From Acidimicrobiia bacterium (GTDB lineage Bacteria; Actinomycetota; Acidimicrobiia; IMCC26256; JACDBD01), in NCBI GenBank assembly GCA_050743385.1, contig JBOGFJ010000079.1, positions 1-43,646 of the forward strand: a stretch of 43,646 bases of DNA. Direction: 5' to 3'. Both the position numbers and the translations under genes were made by a program. The notes beneath the pieces were generated by a model. It ran no database searches, had not been told where the DNA came from, and saw only the letters and a program-made list of their open reading frames with translations. Below, in pieces: positions 27,556-37,882 of the stretch (position 1 is its first letter; every line of letters starts with the position of its first letter).

Positions 27556-29475
27556 ATGGCCATCGCCGTGAACATGCAGATCCGGGAGGCGCTACCGAGT
27601 TACGAGCTCGGCGCCGAGCTGGGACGCGGGGCGATGGGTGTCGTGCTCTCGGGGACGCACCGCCAGCTCGAGCGGACGGTGGCGATCAAGCAGTTGCCGG
27701 AGGCGTTCGCAGTCGACCCGGACGTGCGGCGCAGGTTCGGCACCGAGGCGAGGACGCTCGCTGCGCTCAGCCATCCGCACATCGTTCCGGTGTACGACTA
27801 CGTGGAGCGCGAGGGCGTCTGCGTACTCGTGATGGAGGCACTTCCCGGCGGCACGCTGTGGGACCGCTTCACCTCCGAGGGGCTCACCATGCCCACGGCA
27901 TGTGCAGCGGTGCTCGCCGCGTGCTCGGGTCTGCACTTCGCGCACGGCAAGGGCGTGCTCCACCGTGACATCAAGCCCGAGAACCTGATGTTCGCCGCCG
28001 ACCGCACGCTCAAGGTGACCGACTTCGGCATCGCCGAGGTCTTCGCCGGTGAGGAGACGGTGACCACGGTTGCAGGCACGGTCATCGGCACGCCCGCGTA
28101 CATGGCGCCGGAGCAGGCTCGTGGTGCCGGCCTCGGCCCGCCGGCCGACGTGTACGCGGCCGGCACCGTCTTGTACGAGCTGCTGTCGGGAACCTTGCCG
28201 TTCTCGATCGAGGGCGATCCCATTGAGGTCCTCGAACGCCGGGTCGAGGAGGAACCGCTCGCGCTCGCGGACGCGGCGCCGCAGGTTCCCGAGCCGCTCG
28301 TCGCGGTCACGATGAGGGCGCTGCGACGCGAGCCGGCGGAGCGCTACCCCAGCGCGGAGGCGTTCGGGATCGCGCTGGGGCACGGCGCGACCGAAGCATT
28401 CGGGGAAGGGTGGCTCGGTCGCGCGGGCGTCACCCTGCTCGCGAGCGGCTCGATCGCCGCCGCCGCCGGCCCCGCGGCTGCACCGCACGACCCGGCCACG
28501 GAAGGAGAGGCCACCACCGCGATCGCCGGGCGAACCGGGGCGGGCACCGTCGTCACCGGGAGCGCTCCGACCGACGGACCCGCGGTGAAGGTACGGGGGA
28601 CGTCGGTCCACCGCCGGGCCGACGAGGCGCTCGCCGACCTCCGGCCCGAAGACCTCGTTCGGGTCGACGACCTGATCGCCCCGCCCGCCCGGCCGGTCCC
28701 GGCGCTCGTCGGCACCGTGCTGCTGCTGGCCGCGATGCTCGTCGTGGCGGTGATCGGCCTCGGCGAGCCGGGCCGCTCGGATTCGCTCCTCCCGGGGGTG
28801 GTGACCGTGGCCGGCACCGATCTCGGGTCCAGCGACGCGGTCGCGGCCGACCTCGCCGATCCGATCCCGGTGAGCGTGGAGGAGCTCCCGCGGCGCGCCG
28901 GCGCCGCGCGCTTCGCGCAGATCGGCTTCTCGGCAGCCGGGGTCGGCCTCGGCTCCTCGCGGTCGGGCCCACTCGACCCGGCCGGTGGCGGCGCGTTCAC
29001 GGCCGATGTCGACGCCGAACGAGTGCGCATCCTCTCGAGCGGGGACCTTACGGCCGAGTTCCGCCTCCTCGACGAGAACAAGCGGATCCTCCTCCGCCAC
29101 GAGTTCGCCCTCGACCCCGAGCAACCCTTCTTCCTGGCGGCCAACGGCGTGGCGGCATTGCTCCTCGCCCTCTTCGTCGTCGCCTACGGCCTCGCGATCA
29201 CCCAGCCACTGCGACGCGGCTACACCCGCCGGTCCGCGTACCCGGGAATGGCGATCCTCGGCGGTGCCGCGGGGTTCACCACCGTGTTGGGGGTGTGGTC
29301 CCTCGGTGCCCCCGAGCCGTCGTTCGTCACCTTCGTGATCGCCGCCGCCCTGGGCGCGGCCGCGTTCGGCTTCCTGGCGCGGGTGATGATCGTGACCGGA
29401 CGACGGCGGCGGCTCCGGCGGGCGGAGCTCCGTGCGGGTGGGGCGCACGACGAGCCTGTTAGCGTTCCCGCCTGA
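27556..29475 (+). CDS. Hanks-type Ser/Thr protein kinase with a C-terminal extracytoplasmic and multi-TM region
   Basis: GRGAMGVV, AIKQL, HRDIKPENLM, DFGIA and GTPAYMAPEQ, with several C-terminal hydrophobic helices. ATG 27574 is an alternative start. Confidence 0.9.
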   Translation: MAIAVNMQIREALPSYELGAELGRGAMGVVLSGTHRQLERTVAIKQLPEAFAVDPDVRRRFGTEARTLAALSHPHIVPVYDYVEREGVCVLVMEALPGGTLWDRFTSEGLTMPTACAAVLAACSGLHFAHGKGVLHRDIKPENLMFAADRTLKVTDFGIAEVFAGEETVTTVAGTVIGTPAYMAPEQARGAGLGPPADVYAAGTVLYELLSGTLPFSIEGDPIEVLERRVEEEPLALADAAPQVPEPLVAVTMRALRREPAERYPSAEAFGIALGHGATEAFGEGWLGRAGVTLLASGSIAAAAGPAAAPHDPATEGEATTAIAGRTGAGTVVTGSAPTDGPAVKVRGTSVHRRADEALADLRPEDLVRVDDLIAPPARPVPALVGTVLLLAAMLVVAVIGLGEPGRSDSLLPGVVTVAGTDLGSSDAVAADLADPIPVSVEELPRRAGAARFAQIGFSAAGVGLGSSRSGPLDPAGGGAFTADVDAERVRILSSGDLTAEFRLLDENKRILLRHEFALDPEQPFFLAANGVAALLLALFVVAYGLAITQPLRRGYTRRSAYPGMAILGGAAGFTTVLGVWSLGAPEPSFVTFVIAAALGAAAFGFLARVMIVTGRRRRLRRAELRAGGAHDEPVSVPA

Positions 29476-29489
29476 CTGGGAGCAACGGG

Positions 29490-30380
29490 GTGAGGGCAGG
29501 CACAGTGAGGGCAGGGTGGGGGATCCCGGCGCGTCCTCTGGTCGTCGCGATGGTCGCCGGCTCGGCCTACGCCGTGGCCGGCCTGTCGATCGGCAGCGGC
29601 CTCGCGCTCGGCCAGCCTCCGGGCCACGACCCGGTCACCGTCTGCCACCGCGGACAGGCAATCACCGTCGACAGCAGCGGGGTCCCGGCCCACACCGCCC
29701 ACGGCGACGCGGTGGGCGGGTGCCCGGCGCCGCCTCCACCACCTCCTCCTCCGCCGCCACCACCACCTCCACCTCCACCTCCACCTCCACCTCCTGCTCC
29801 GCCGCCGCCTCCGGGACCGCCGGCACCGCCACCGCCGTCACCGCCGGGCCCACCCGCGCCGCCGCCCCCACCCGGACCGCCCTCGTTCAACCCCGCCGCG
29901 CCCGACGTGCCGACGGTCGTCCTGGGGGTGGCCGCCGAGATCCCGACCGCGGACGCCCCCGCGAGCCCGGGCGCCGTGACCACCGACCGCACCGTGACCG
30001 TGCTGCCCAGCGGGCTCACCCTGACCAACTACCAGCTGCGCCGGGCGTTCGTCCCGGGCCAACCCGTCCGCATCGACGGGACCGCTCCGGCCGGCTGTGA
30101 CCCGGTGCTCCACGTCGACGACCAGCCCGCGGGGAAGATCGACACCAACGGGGCGGGTGACTTCTCGCTCGACGTCGACACGAGTGGGCTCGGTCCGGGG
30201 CAGCACCGCGCCGAGGTCGTCTGCAGCGACGGCACGATCCTGCAAGCCGGCTTCTGGGTCGCGGCACCCCAGACGAGCTCGAGCACACTGAGCGTGGTAC
30301 TCGTCGCGCTCCTCGTCATGGGCGCGCTCGGTTGGGTCAGCGTGCGCGGCATGGTGAACAGCGCATTCACGCGCACGTGA
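29490..30380 (+). CDS. Secreted/membrane-anchored protein with an extreme polyproline linker
   Basis: Signal-like N-terminus (PLVVAMVAGSAYAVAGLSIGSGLALG). VTVCHRGQAITVDSSGVPAHTAHGD motif. A run of 22 consecutive Pro followed by more P-rich sequence. C-terminal TM helix VVLVALLVMGALGWV. GGGAG lies upstream of GTG 29490. Confidence 0.75.
   Translation: MRAGTVRAGWGIPARPLVVAMVAGSAYAVAGLSIGSGLALGQPPGHDPVTVCHRGQAITVDSSGVPAHTAHGDAVGGCPAPPPPPPPPPPPPPPPPPPPPPPAPPPPPGPPAPPPPSPPGPPAPPPPPGPPSFNPAAPDVPTVVLGVAAEIPTADAPASPGAVTTDRTVTVLPSGLTLTNYQLRRAFVPGQPVRIDGTAPAGCDPVLHVDDQPAGKIDTNGAGDFSLDVDTSGLGPGQHRAEVVCSDGTILQAGFWVAAPQTSSSTLSVVLVALLVMGALGWVSVRGMVNSAFTRT
29730..29795 (+). repeat. Polyproline-coding microsatellite: 22 consecutive CCN codons including (CCACCT)x5 at 29763-29792
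   Basis: Codons read directly. They are mostly CCT/CCA, although neighbouring genes favour G/C-ending codons. Confidence 0.9.
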
Positions 30381-31171
30381 CGCGGGTCGGGGCACTCCTC
30401 GCCCTCGTCGTCGCCTCCCTCGCGGGAACGATCCCGTCGGCCGCCGCGGGATCCGAGGGCGGGTTCTCCTTCAGGGCGAGCCTCGACGATCAACGCCTCG
30501 ATCTCTCGAGCAGCAGCGACCCGGTCCTCATCGACCCCGGGCGCGAGTCGACGCTGACACTCGAGCTTCGCAACGCCACCGATGCTCCGGTGGTGGTTCG
30601 TCAGGTGCAGCTGCGCGGGAGGGCATTCGACGTCACCCTCGTGTCGTACGACGTCCTGATCCAAGCCCGCGTGCCGGCGCGCCGCGACCTCGTCGTGGAC
30701 GTTCCGATCGACTTCGGCGACCTCGACGACCAGGTGACGGGACTGTTCCCGGCGTCATTGATCCTGGTCGATCCCGATCGGCAGAGTCTCGCGAGCCAGG
30801 AGTTCACCCTCGACGTCCGAGGGAAGGCGCTCTCGCTGATGGGCATGTTCACGTTGCTGGTCGCGGTCGCCACCGGGCTCAGCATCCTCGCGATCTGGCT
30901 GGCGCTCCTCCGGCGCCGCCTGCCCCCGAGCCGGTGGCGGCGCGCCCTGCGGATCGGTGTCACCGGCGCGGGCGTCGGCGTCGTGCTCACATTGCTGCTC
31001 GCGGAGCTGCGGCTGGTCGCGCCGAGCGGAGCCGTGTGGATCCCCGTCGTGCTCGTTCCGACGCTGGCGGCGTTCGCCCTCGGCTACCTGTCCCCGGGTC
31101 CGCTCGCCATCGAGGAGGAGCACGAGCTCGAGGACTGGATGCGACGCGCCACGACGGCCAGCCCGGTCTGA
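30377..31171 (+). CDS. Membrane protein: signal peptide, extracytoplasmic beta-rich domain and three C-terminal TM helices; function unknown
   Basis: GTG 30377 overlaps the upstream stop (GTGA). VTRVGALLALVVASLAGTIPSAAAG looks like a signal peptide. Hydrophobic C-terminal third. Confidence 0.7.
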   Translation: MTRVGALLALVVASLAGTIPSAAAGSEGGFSFRASLDDQRLDLSSSSDPVLIDPGRESTLTLELRNATDAPVVVRQVQLRGRAFDVTLVSYDVLIQARVPARRDLVVDVPIDFGDLDDQVTGLFPASLILVDPDRQSLASQEFTLDVRGKALSLMGMFTLLVAVATGLSILAIWLALLRRRLPPSRWRRALRIGVTGAGVGVVLTLLLAELRLVAPSGAVWIPVVLVPTLAAFALGYLSPGPLAIEEEHELEDWMRRATTASPV

Positions 31172-31182
31172 CGGCCGTGCGG

Positions 31183-31581
31183 TCAGCTGCGCCTGACGCG
31201 AACGACGGTCTTCGCCACCGGCACCAGGTCTCCACCCGCGGGACGGGCGCGCCTGGCCGCCTCGAGCTCACGGAGGGCGGCGGCCAGCTCCCCTTCGAGA
31301 CGATCGATCTCGGCCTCGGCGTCGGCCAACTCGGCCTCGAGGTCGAGGATGCGCCGCACACCCGCGAGGCCGACACCCTCGTTGGTGAGTTCCTGGATGC
31401 GCTGGAGGAGCTCGATGTCGCGCTCGGAGTAGCGCCGGCTCCCGCCCTCGGTGCGGGCGGGCTCGATCAGCCCCTTGCGCTCGTAGATGCGCAGCGTCTG
31501 CGCGTGCACCCCGGCCAGCTCGGCCGCCACCGAGATGATGTAGAGCGCTCGTTGGCGCTCGGAAGGCTTACGACTCGCCAT
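31183..31581 (-). CDS. hspR: MerR-family heat-shock repressor HspR
   Basis: [46 protein letters not shown]. It is the last gene of the dnaK-grpE-dnaJ-hspR operon. Confidence 0.9.
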   Translation of the reverse strand: MASRKPSERQRALYIISVAAELAGVHAQTLRIYERKGLIEPARTEGGSRRYSERDIELLQRIQELTNEGVGLAGVRRILDLEAELADAEAEIDRLEGELAAALRELEAARRARPAGGDLVPVAKTVVRVRRS

Positions 31582-31592
31582 CGCCTGTCACC

Positions 31593-32543
31593 TCACACTT
31601 CCAGGTGCTCGCGCGGGTTTCCCCCGAGCACGCCGCGCAGCGCCTCGATCTCTTTGCGCTCTTCCGCCGAGAGCTTCTGGGGTACCGCGACCTCGAACGT
31701 CACCAGCAGATCGCCGGGTGACCCCTTGGTGCGCTCGAGCCCGCGCCCGCGCACGCGCACGGTCTTGCCCGACTGCGTGCCGGGAGGGATCTTGACCGTC
31801 ACCGGCTCACCCAGCGTCGGCACGCGCGCCTGGCCGCCGAGCGCGGCCTCGGGGAACGTGACCGGGACCGTGATCGTCAAGTCGTCGTCGCCCTTCCGAC
31901 CGAACAGGGGATGGGGCCGTACGCGCACGACGACGTAGAGATCGCCCGGCGGGCCCCCTTCCGCGCCCGGGCCACCGCGGCCCTTGACCCGGATGCGCTG
32001 CCCGTCGGCGACACCGGCGGGAATGCGCACCTTCACTGTTCGGCTGTCGAAGCTCAGCTCGCGCATCACGCCGTGGGCAGCCTCGAGGAAGTCGAGGCTG
32101 AGCTCGGTCTCGAGGTCGGGCCCGGGGCGCGGTCCGCGCGCGCGGCGACCGCCGGTGCGTCCGAACAGGCCGCCGAAGAGATCGCCGAGGTCACCGACGT
32201 CGCTGAGATCGTCGACGAAGATCGTGCGGCCGCCTTCGAAGCCGGGCCCGAAGCCGCCGGGGCCGAAGCCCGGTCGGCCGTACCCCGGGCCGGCGACCCC
32301 CGCGGCGACCATCTGACGGACCTCGTCGTATTCCTTGCGCCGCTCGGCGTCACCGAGCACGTCGTAGGCCGCGGAGACGTCCTTGAAGCGCTCTTCGGCA
32401 GCGGTGTCACCCGGGTTGGCATCGGGGTGGTACTGCTTGGCGAGCTTCCGATACGCGCGGCTGATGTCCTTCTCGGACGCGCTCTCGGGAACGCCGAGCA
32501 CCTCGTAGTAGTCCTTCTCGAACCACTCCCGCTGCGGGGGCAC
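31593..32543 (-). CDS. dnaJ: J-domain co-chaperone (DnaJ/CbpA-type) without a zinc-finger domain
   Basis: J-domain DYYEVLGVPESASEKDISRAYRKLAKQYHPDANPGD and a G/F-rich region. 316 aa with no cysteine at all. Confidence 0.9.
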   Translation of the reverse strand: MPPQREWFEKDYYEVLGVPESASEKDISRAYRKLAKQYHPDANPGDTAAEERFKDVSAAYDVLGDAERRKEYDEVRQMVAAGVAGPGYGRPGFGPGGFGPGFEGGRTIFVDDLSDVGDLGDLFGGLFGRTGGRRARGPRPGPDLETELSLDFLEAAHGVMRELSFDSRTVKVRIPAGVADGQRIRVKGRGGPGAEGGPPGDLYVVVRVRPHPLFGRKGDDDLTITVPVTFPEAALGGQARVPTLGEPVTVKIPPGTQSGKTVRVRGRGLERTKGSPGDLLVTFEVAVPQKLSAEERKEIEALRGVLGGNPREHLEV

Positions 32544-32552
32544 GGCGGCGGC

Positions 32553-33140
32553 CTACCTCGTGACCTTCACCATGGCCGGGCGCAGCACGCGGCCGCGGAG
32601 CCGGTAGCCGGTACGGAGCACGTCGCTGACGACGGGCTCTCCCTCACCGTCGTCTTGCGCGACCGCTTCGTGCTCGGTGGGGTCGAAGGGCTTCCCGCTC
32701 GCTTCGATGCGCGACAATCCGGCCTTCTCGAGCACGCCGAGCAACTCCGCGTACACGAGCTCGACGCCCTTGCGGACCTTCGACAACTCCTCGCCGTCAT
32801 CCTCCGCGCTCGCGACGGCGAGCTCGAACGAGTCGAGCACGGGAAGGAGCTGCTCGATGAGACCCTCGGTCGCCCGCTCGACGAGCGCGGTCTGCTCGCG
32901 CAGCATCCGCTTGCGGTAGTTCTCGAAGTCGGCCTGCACCCGCCGCAGTGAGTCGAGGTACTCGTCGCGCTCGGCCTGGGCGCGGCCGAGCTCGTCGAGC
33001 TCGTGGACGATCTCCTCGGCTTCTCGCTCGCTCTCTGCGGACGGGGCCATCCCTGAAGGGGTAGGCCCGTCCGCGGGCGTTCGCTCGCTGGCGAGCGGCT
33101 CGCTCGCTCCGCTGCCGCGCGACGCGTCATCGGAAGCCAT
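32553..33140 (-). CDS. grpE: Nucleotide exchange factor GrpE
   Basis: 195 aa. DSLRRVQADFENYRKRMLRE...FDPTEHEAV...GYRLRGRVLRPAMVKV. Its start abuts the dnaK stop. Confidence 0.93.
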   Translation of the reverse strand: MASDDASRGSGASEPLASERTPADGPTPSGMAPSAESEREAEEIVHELDELGRAQAERDEYLDSLRRVQADFENYRKRMLREQTALVERATEGLIEQLLPVLDSFELAVASAEDDGEELSKVRKGVELVYAELLGVLEKAGLSRIEASGKPFDPTEHEAVAQDDGEGEPVVSDVLRTGYRLRGRVLRPAMVKVTR

Positions 33141-34979
<1,839 letters not shown>

Positions 34980-35044
34980 GGGAGTGGGCCTCCTGGATCA
35001 GTCGATTTGGGGATCTCGATCTTGTGAGGACGCCAGGCTAGAAC

Positions 35045-35065
35045 CTTGAGTCCGTCACTATCAAG
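35045..35065. promoter_or_regulatory. HspR-associated inverted repeat (HAIR) upstream of dnaK: CTTGAGT-N7-TATCAAG
   Basis: Matches the actinobacterial HAIR consensus CTTGAGT-N7-ACTCAAG at 12 of 14 positions. Lies 66-86 nt upstream of the dnaK ATG. Confidence 0.7.
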
Positions 35066-35149
35066 TTCTCCCAACGTGGACGCAAGGCTCAGCATTCCCA
35101 ACGAGGGCTCCCCCGAGCATCGGGTTGACAATCTCGCTAGATTCCTGTC

Positions 35150-35578
35150 ATGCCTCGGGCGCGGGACGCCTTCCTCGACCACCTGGCCGCGGTACCGCTG
35201 TTCGCCGCCTGCTCCAGGAAGGATCTCCAGCTCGTGGCCAAGCGGGCGGAAGACGTCAAGGTCGAGGCCGCCAAGGAGCTGGTGACCGAGGGCGACACCG
35301 GTACCGAGTTCTTCGTGATCATCGACGGCAACGCCACCGTCACCCGCCACGGCCAGAAGGTGGCGGAGCTGGGCCCGGGCCAGTTCTTCGGCGACCTCGC
35401 CCTCCTCGACCGGGCCCCCCGCAACGCCACGATCACCGCCGACACCCCGATGGAGCTGGTGGTGCTCGGACAGCGCGAGTTCGCCGGCCTCATCGACGAC
35501 GTCCCCGAGTTCGCGCACAAGCTCCTCGCCGGCCTCGCCCGTCGCCTGCGCGAGTCCGACAGCCAGACGGTCCAGTAG
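35150..35578 (+). CDS. Stand-alone cyclic-nucleotide-binding domain protein, paralogue of 8377-8793
   Basis: 142 aa. FFGDLALLDRAPRNATI cassette. Aligns without gaps with the 8377 protein, including VPLF..CSR..LQ.VA and the C-terminal LLAGLARxLRE. Confidence 0.85.
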   Translation: MPRARDAFLDHLAAVPLFAACSRKDLQLVAKRAEDVKVEAAKELVTEGDTGTEFFVIIDGNATVTRHGQKVAELGPGQFFGDLALLDRAPRNATITADTPMELVVLGQREFAGLIDDVPEFAHKLLAGLARRLRESDSQTVQ

Positions 35579-35586
35579 CTCCGCGA

Positions 35587-35629
35587 CTCGAGGCCCAGTG
35601 GTCCGGAATCCGGACCCGGCGGCCTCGAG
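35587..35629. repeat. 43-nt nested palindromic element, copy B (CTCGAGGCC-N5-GTCCGGAATCCGGAC-N5-GGCCTCGAG); probable terminator
   Basis: Read directly. Lies 9 nt downstream of the stop of the 35150 gene. Arms and spacing match copy A. Confidence 0.85.
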
Positions 35630-35659
35630 AGTGAAGATCTCACGAGACCCGGCACTAGA

Positions 35660-37882
35660 TTGCGGCCCGTGAGCCGGCCGAAGCCGCATCAGGTCGTCAT
35701 CGGCGTCGGGATCGTCGCGGTCGCGGGGACGCTCGCGTCCGGGATCGTGCCCCGGATCACCCAGTGGGAGGAAGACTCGCCGGTCAGCCGGCACGTCTTC
35801 GGCAACATCCCCGACCCGGTCTACTGGGCCTTCTACGCGACGGTCGGCGCGATGCTCATGGTCACGGCCTGGTTCGTGGCCCAGCGGTTCAGCAACTACG
35901 AACGGGGCCAGCCCGACGACCGCCGCACCACCAGGAAGAACCTGCACCGGCGCATGCGCGACTTCCGGGCCGGCGTGTGGATGCGCACGCTGCTGCGTGA
36001 TCCGGCTGCCGGCACGATGCACTCCGCCATCTACTTCGGGTTCCTGGTGCTGTTCATCGCCACCGTGGTCCTCGAGATCGACCACCAGCTCCCGGAGTCG
36101 CTGAAGTTTCTCCATGGCCGCACGTACCAGGCGTACGCGGCCACCGCTGACGTGTTCGGCGTGATCTTCGTGGTCGGCATCACATGGGCGATCGGTCGGC
36201 GCTATGTGCAGCGCCCGTATCGCATCCGGATAAAGACCAAGCCCGAAGACGCGGTGATCCTCGGCACGTTCCTCGTCATCGGGATCAGCGGTTTTCTCAC
36301 CGAAGGGCTGCGCATCGCGCTGGCAGGTCGGCCGCAGTTCGAGGAGTGGTCGCTGGTCGGCTACCCGCTCTCCGGCCTGGTCGACACGTGGTCGGAGGGG
36401 ACACTCAGCGATGCCCACCGCTGGATGTGGGGCCTGCACGCCGTCGCGTTCGTGGCCTTCCTCGTGATCCTGCCGACCACGAAGCTGCGTCACATGATCA
36501 CGTCGCCCATGAACATGTACCTGGGCGCCAAGGACCGGCCCAAGGGGGCGATGAAGCCGCTGCCGAACCTGATGGAGACGGAGCTCGAGACGTTCGGTGC
36601 CAGCACGGTCGAAGACTTCACGTGGAAGCAGCTCTTCGACACCGACGCGTGCACCATCTGCGGTCGGTGCACCTCGGTGTGCCCGGCACACCTGACGGGC
36701 AAGCCGCTCGATCCCCGCGAGATCGTGCTCAAGGTCGGCGAGGTCATGGCGAGCACCGGCGAGCCCAAGGTGTCGACGCCCGTGGGCGTAGACCGTGACA
36801 TCACCATCGGCGCGAACTCGATGTTCGAGCGCGTGACGCCCGAGGAGCTGTGGGCCTGCACGTCGTGCAAGGCGTGTGACGAGATCTGTCCGGTCGACAT
36901 CGAGATCCTCGACAAGATCCTCGACATGCGCCGGTACCTGTCGCTGATGGAGAGCAACTTCCCCGCCGAGCTCGGCAACACGTACCGCTCGATGGAGAAC
37001 TCCCAGAACGTCTACGGGATGAATCAGGGCGACCGGGGCGACTGGGCCGCGAGCCTCGAGGGTGTCGAGATCGTCGACGGCTCCGGATCGCTCGACCGCG
37101 AGTACCTCTACTGGGTGGGATGCGCCGGTTCCTTCGACGATCGCAACAAGAAGACGAGCCGGGCCATGGCCAAGCTCATGCAGCGCGCGGGCATCGACTT
37201 CGCCATACTCGGCCCGAGCGAGCTCTGCACCGGCGACCCCGCCCGTCGATCCGGCAACGAGTACATCTTCCAGATGCTCGCGATGCAGAACATCGAGACG
37301 CTCGACGGCATGGGCGTGAAGAAGATCGTCACGCAGTGCCCTCACTGCTTCAACACGCTCAAGAACGAGTACCCACAGCTCGGCGGCAGCTACGAGGTGC
37401 TCCACCACTCCCAGTTCCTCATGGAGCTGATCGACAGCGGCCGGCTGTCACTCGACGGCGCCTCGCTCGAGGAGCGGGTCACGTTCCACGACTCCTGCTA
37501 CCTCGGCCGCCACAACGACGTGTACCTCGCGCCGCGGAAGGTCGTGGGATCGCTCGGAGGCATCGATCTCGTGGAGATGCCCCGCAACGGCACCCGGGGC
37601 CTCTGCTGCGGCGCCGGCGGCGCCCGCATGTGGATGGAGGAGCACACCGGCAAGAAGGTCAACGTCGAGCGCACCGAAGAGGCGCTGGCGACCGGGTCGG
37701 AGCGCATCGCGGTGGCCTGTCCCTTCTGTTACGTGATGATGGACGACGGGGTAAAAGAGAAGCAGCGCGACGACGACGTCAAGGTGCAGGACATCGCCGA
37801 GGTGCTCGCCGAGGCGGTGGAGCGTGCCGACTCCGATAGCACCGGCACGCCCTCCGCCCCGAACCTCACGCCGGGCGGCTGA
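35660..37882 (+). CDS. Membrane-bound Fe-S oxidoreductase: N-terminal multi-TM domain, 2x[4Fe-4S] ferredoxin motifs and Cys-rich CCG domains (HdrD/GlpC/DsrK-like)
   Basis: CTICGRCTSVCP and CTSCKACDEICP, plus CCG-like motifs WVGCAGSFD and FHDSCYLGRHN...CCGAGG. The start is TTG 35660 or GTG 35669. Confidence 0.85.
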   Translation: MRPVSRPKPHQVVIGVGIVAVAGTLASGIVPRITQWEEDSPVSRHVFGNIPDPVYWAFYATVGAMLMVTAWFVAQRFSNYERGQPDDRRTTRKNLHRRMRDFRAGVWMRTLLRDPAAGTMHSAIYFGFLVLFIATVVLEIDHQLPESLKFLHGRTYQAYAATADVFGVIFVVGITWAIGRRYVQRPYRIRIKTKPEDAVILGTFLVIGISGFLTEGLRIALAGRPQFEEWSLVGYPLSGLVDTWSEGTLSDAHRWMWGLHAVAFVAFLVILPTTKLRHMITSPMNMYLGAKDRPKGAMKPLPNLMETELETFGASTVEDFTWKQLFDTDACTICGRCTSVCPAHLTGKPLDPREIVLKVGEVMASTGEPKVSTPVGVDRDITIGANSMFERVTPEELWACTSCKACDEICPVDIEILDKILDMRRYLSLMESNFPAELGNTYRSMENSQNVYGMNQGDRGDWAASLEGVEIVDGSGSLDREYLYWVGCAGSFDDRNKKTSRAMAKLMQRAGIDFAILGPSELCTGDPARRSGNEYIFQMLAMQNIETLDGMGVKKIVTQCPHCFNTLKNEYPQLGGSYEVLHHSQFLMELIDSGRLSLDGASLEERVTFHDSCYLGRHNDVYLAPRKVVGSLGGIDLVEMPRNGTRGLCCGAGGARMWMEEHTGKKVNVERTEEALATGSERIAVACPFCYVMMDDGVKEKQRDDDVKVQDIAEVLAEAVERADSDSTGTPSAPNLTPGG

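Noticed and set aside
29567-30028. Gly-rich minus-strand ORF (GGGGGGG...) and other ORFs overlapping the polyproline tract.
   Set aside because: They are the reverse complement of the CCN repeat. The plus-strand frame has a signal peptide, a TM anchor and operon context.
35125-35130. A perfect TTGACA hexamer as the -35 box for the 35150 gene.
   Set aside because: It lies only 7 nt from the TAGATT -10 candidate. With 17-nt spacing it would pair with TCATGC, which overlaps the start codon, so the geometry does not fit a sigma-70-type promoter.
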